Notes under the pieces: model-generated
What the model saw: only the letters and a program-made list of their open reading frames with translations
What the model was told of the DNA's origin: nothing
The model's database searches: none
Sequence record: LC537471.1
DNA length: 32,000 bases
Strand: one strand, 5' to 3'
Translations under genes and position numbers: made by a program
Part shown: positions 31,514-32,000 of the stretch, one piece after another
How the letters are laid out: each line of letters begins with the position of its first letter
Position numbering within the stretch: position 1 is the stretch's first letter

Positions 31514-31555
31514 AACTTAAATTATATTTAAATACATTAAAAAAAGAGAATTATT

Positions 31556-31942
31556 ATGTCAGATAAAATCGATCAAATCGTTGAAGAGTTAAAAACATTA
31601 ACATTATTAGAAGCTTCAGAATTAGTATCAAAAATTGAAGAAACATTTGGTGTAGATGCTTCTGCTGCTGTTGGCGGTGGTGCTGTTGTAATGGCTGCTG
31701 CTGGTCCTGCTGAAGAAGCGGAAGAAAAAACTGAATTTACAGTAATGTTAGACGAAGTACCAGCTGATAAGAAAATTGCTGTATTAAAAGTTGTTCGTGG
31801 TTTAACAGGCTTAGGTTTAAAAGAAGCTAAAGAATTAGTAGAATCTGCTCCGAAAGAAGTTCAAGCAGGTATTAGTAAAGATGCAGCTGAAGATGCGAAA
31901 AAACAAATCGAAGCAGCTGGTGGTAAAGTATCTTTAACATAA
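31556..31942 (+). CDS. rpl12: 50S ribosomal protein L7/L12
   Basis: 128-aa ORF. It has the Ala/Gly/Glu-rich hinge [26 protein letters not shown], then [24 protein letters not shown]. Confidence 0.96.
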   Translation: MSDKIDQIVEELKTLTLLEASELVSKIEETFGVDASAAVGGGAVVMAAAGPAEEAEEKTEFTVMLDEVPADKKIAVLKVVRGLTGLGLKEAKELVESAPKEVQAGISKDAAEDAKKQIEAAGGKVSLT

Positions 31943-31948
31943 TTTCAT

Positions 31949-31990
31949 AATAAATTCTAATAATTAAAAATATAATTATTAGAATTTATT
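31949..31990 (+). terminator. 3' stem-loop downstream of rpl12
   Basis: 17-bp inverted repeat (31949-31965 with 31974-31990; core ATAAATTCTAATAATT / AATTATTAGAATTTAT) with an 8-nt loop, 6 nt past the rpl12 stop. Confidence 0.55.
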
Positions 31991-32000
31991 TATTATTTAT

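Noticed and set aside
31514-31555. rpl10 is missing between rpl1 and rpl12, whereas the bacterial order is rplK-rplA-rplJ-rplL.
   Set aside because: The spacer is only 42 nt. As far as I recall, rpl11-rpl1-rpl12 without rpl10 is the usual arrangement in red-lineage plastids, so it is neither a deletion nor a pseudogene.

Overview
This window is a gene-dense, strongly AT-rich piece of a plastid (chloroplast) genome of the red-algal-derived type. Its gene content (ycf45, ycf66, dnaB, tatC, petF, psbV, psbX, ssrA, ffs) and gene order look most like a diatom or other ochrophyte plastid; I make that taxon call from memory of such genomes, not from a search. I can support 27 protein genes: ycf45 (cut by the window edge), petD-petB, psaD, the rpoB-rpoC1-rpoC2-rps2 cluster, rps20, rpl33-rps18, psaA-psaB, ycf3, atpB-atpE, tatC-petA, petF, rpl19, psbV, ycf66, psbX, dnaB and rpl11-rpl1-rpl12. 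I also support 7 tRNA genes. The ORF track misses four genes: a one-piece tmRNA (ssrA) with a readable tag ORF, an SRP/4.5S RNA (ffs) hairpin inside the largest apparent spacer, the 38-codon psbX, and the edge-truncated ycf45. Most transcription units end in perfect AT-rich inverted repeats. I see no CRISPR array, mobile element, intron, intein, pseudogene or stop-codon reassignment. I see no novel multi-gene system either: every protein gene is a canonical photosynthesis or housekeeping plastid gene. The items most worth a second look are (1) a CAU-anticodon tRNA with a type-II-like long variable arm next to ssrA, (2) the ssrA and ffs RNA genes and their processing and promoter context, and (3) very large in-frame low-complexity insertions in rpoB and rpoC1, plus an expanded trigger-loop insertion in rpoC2.
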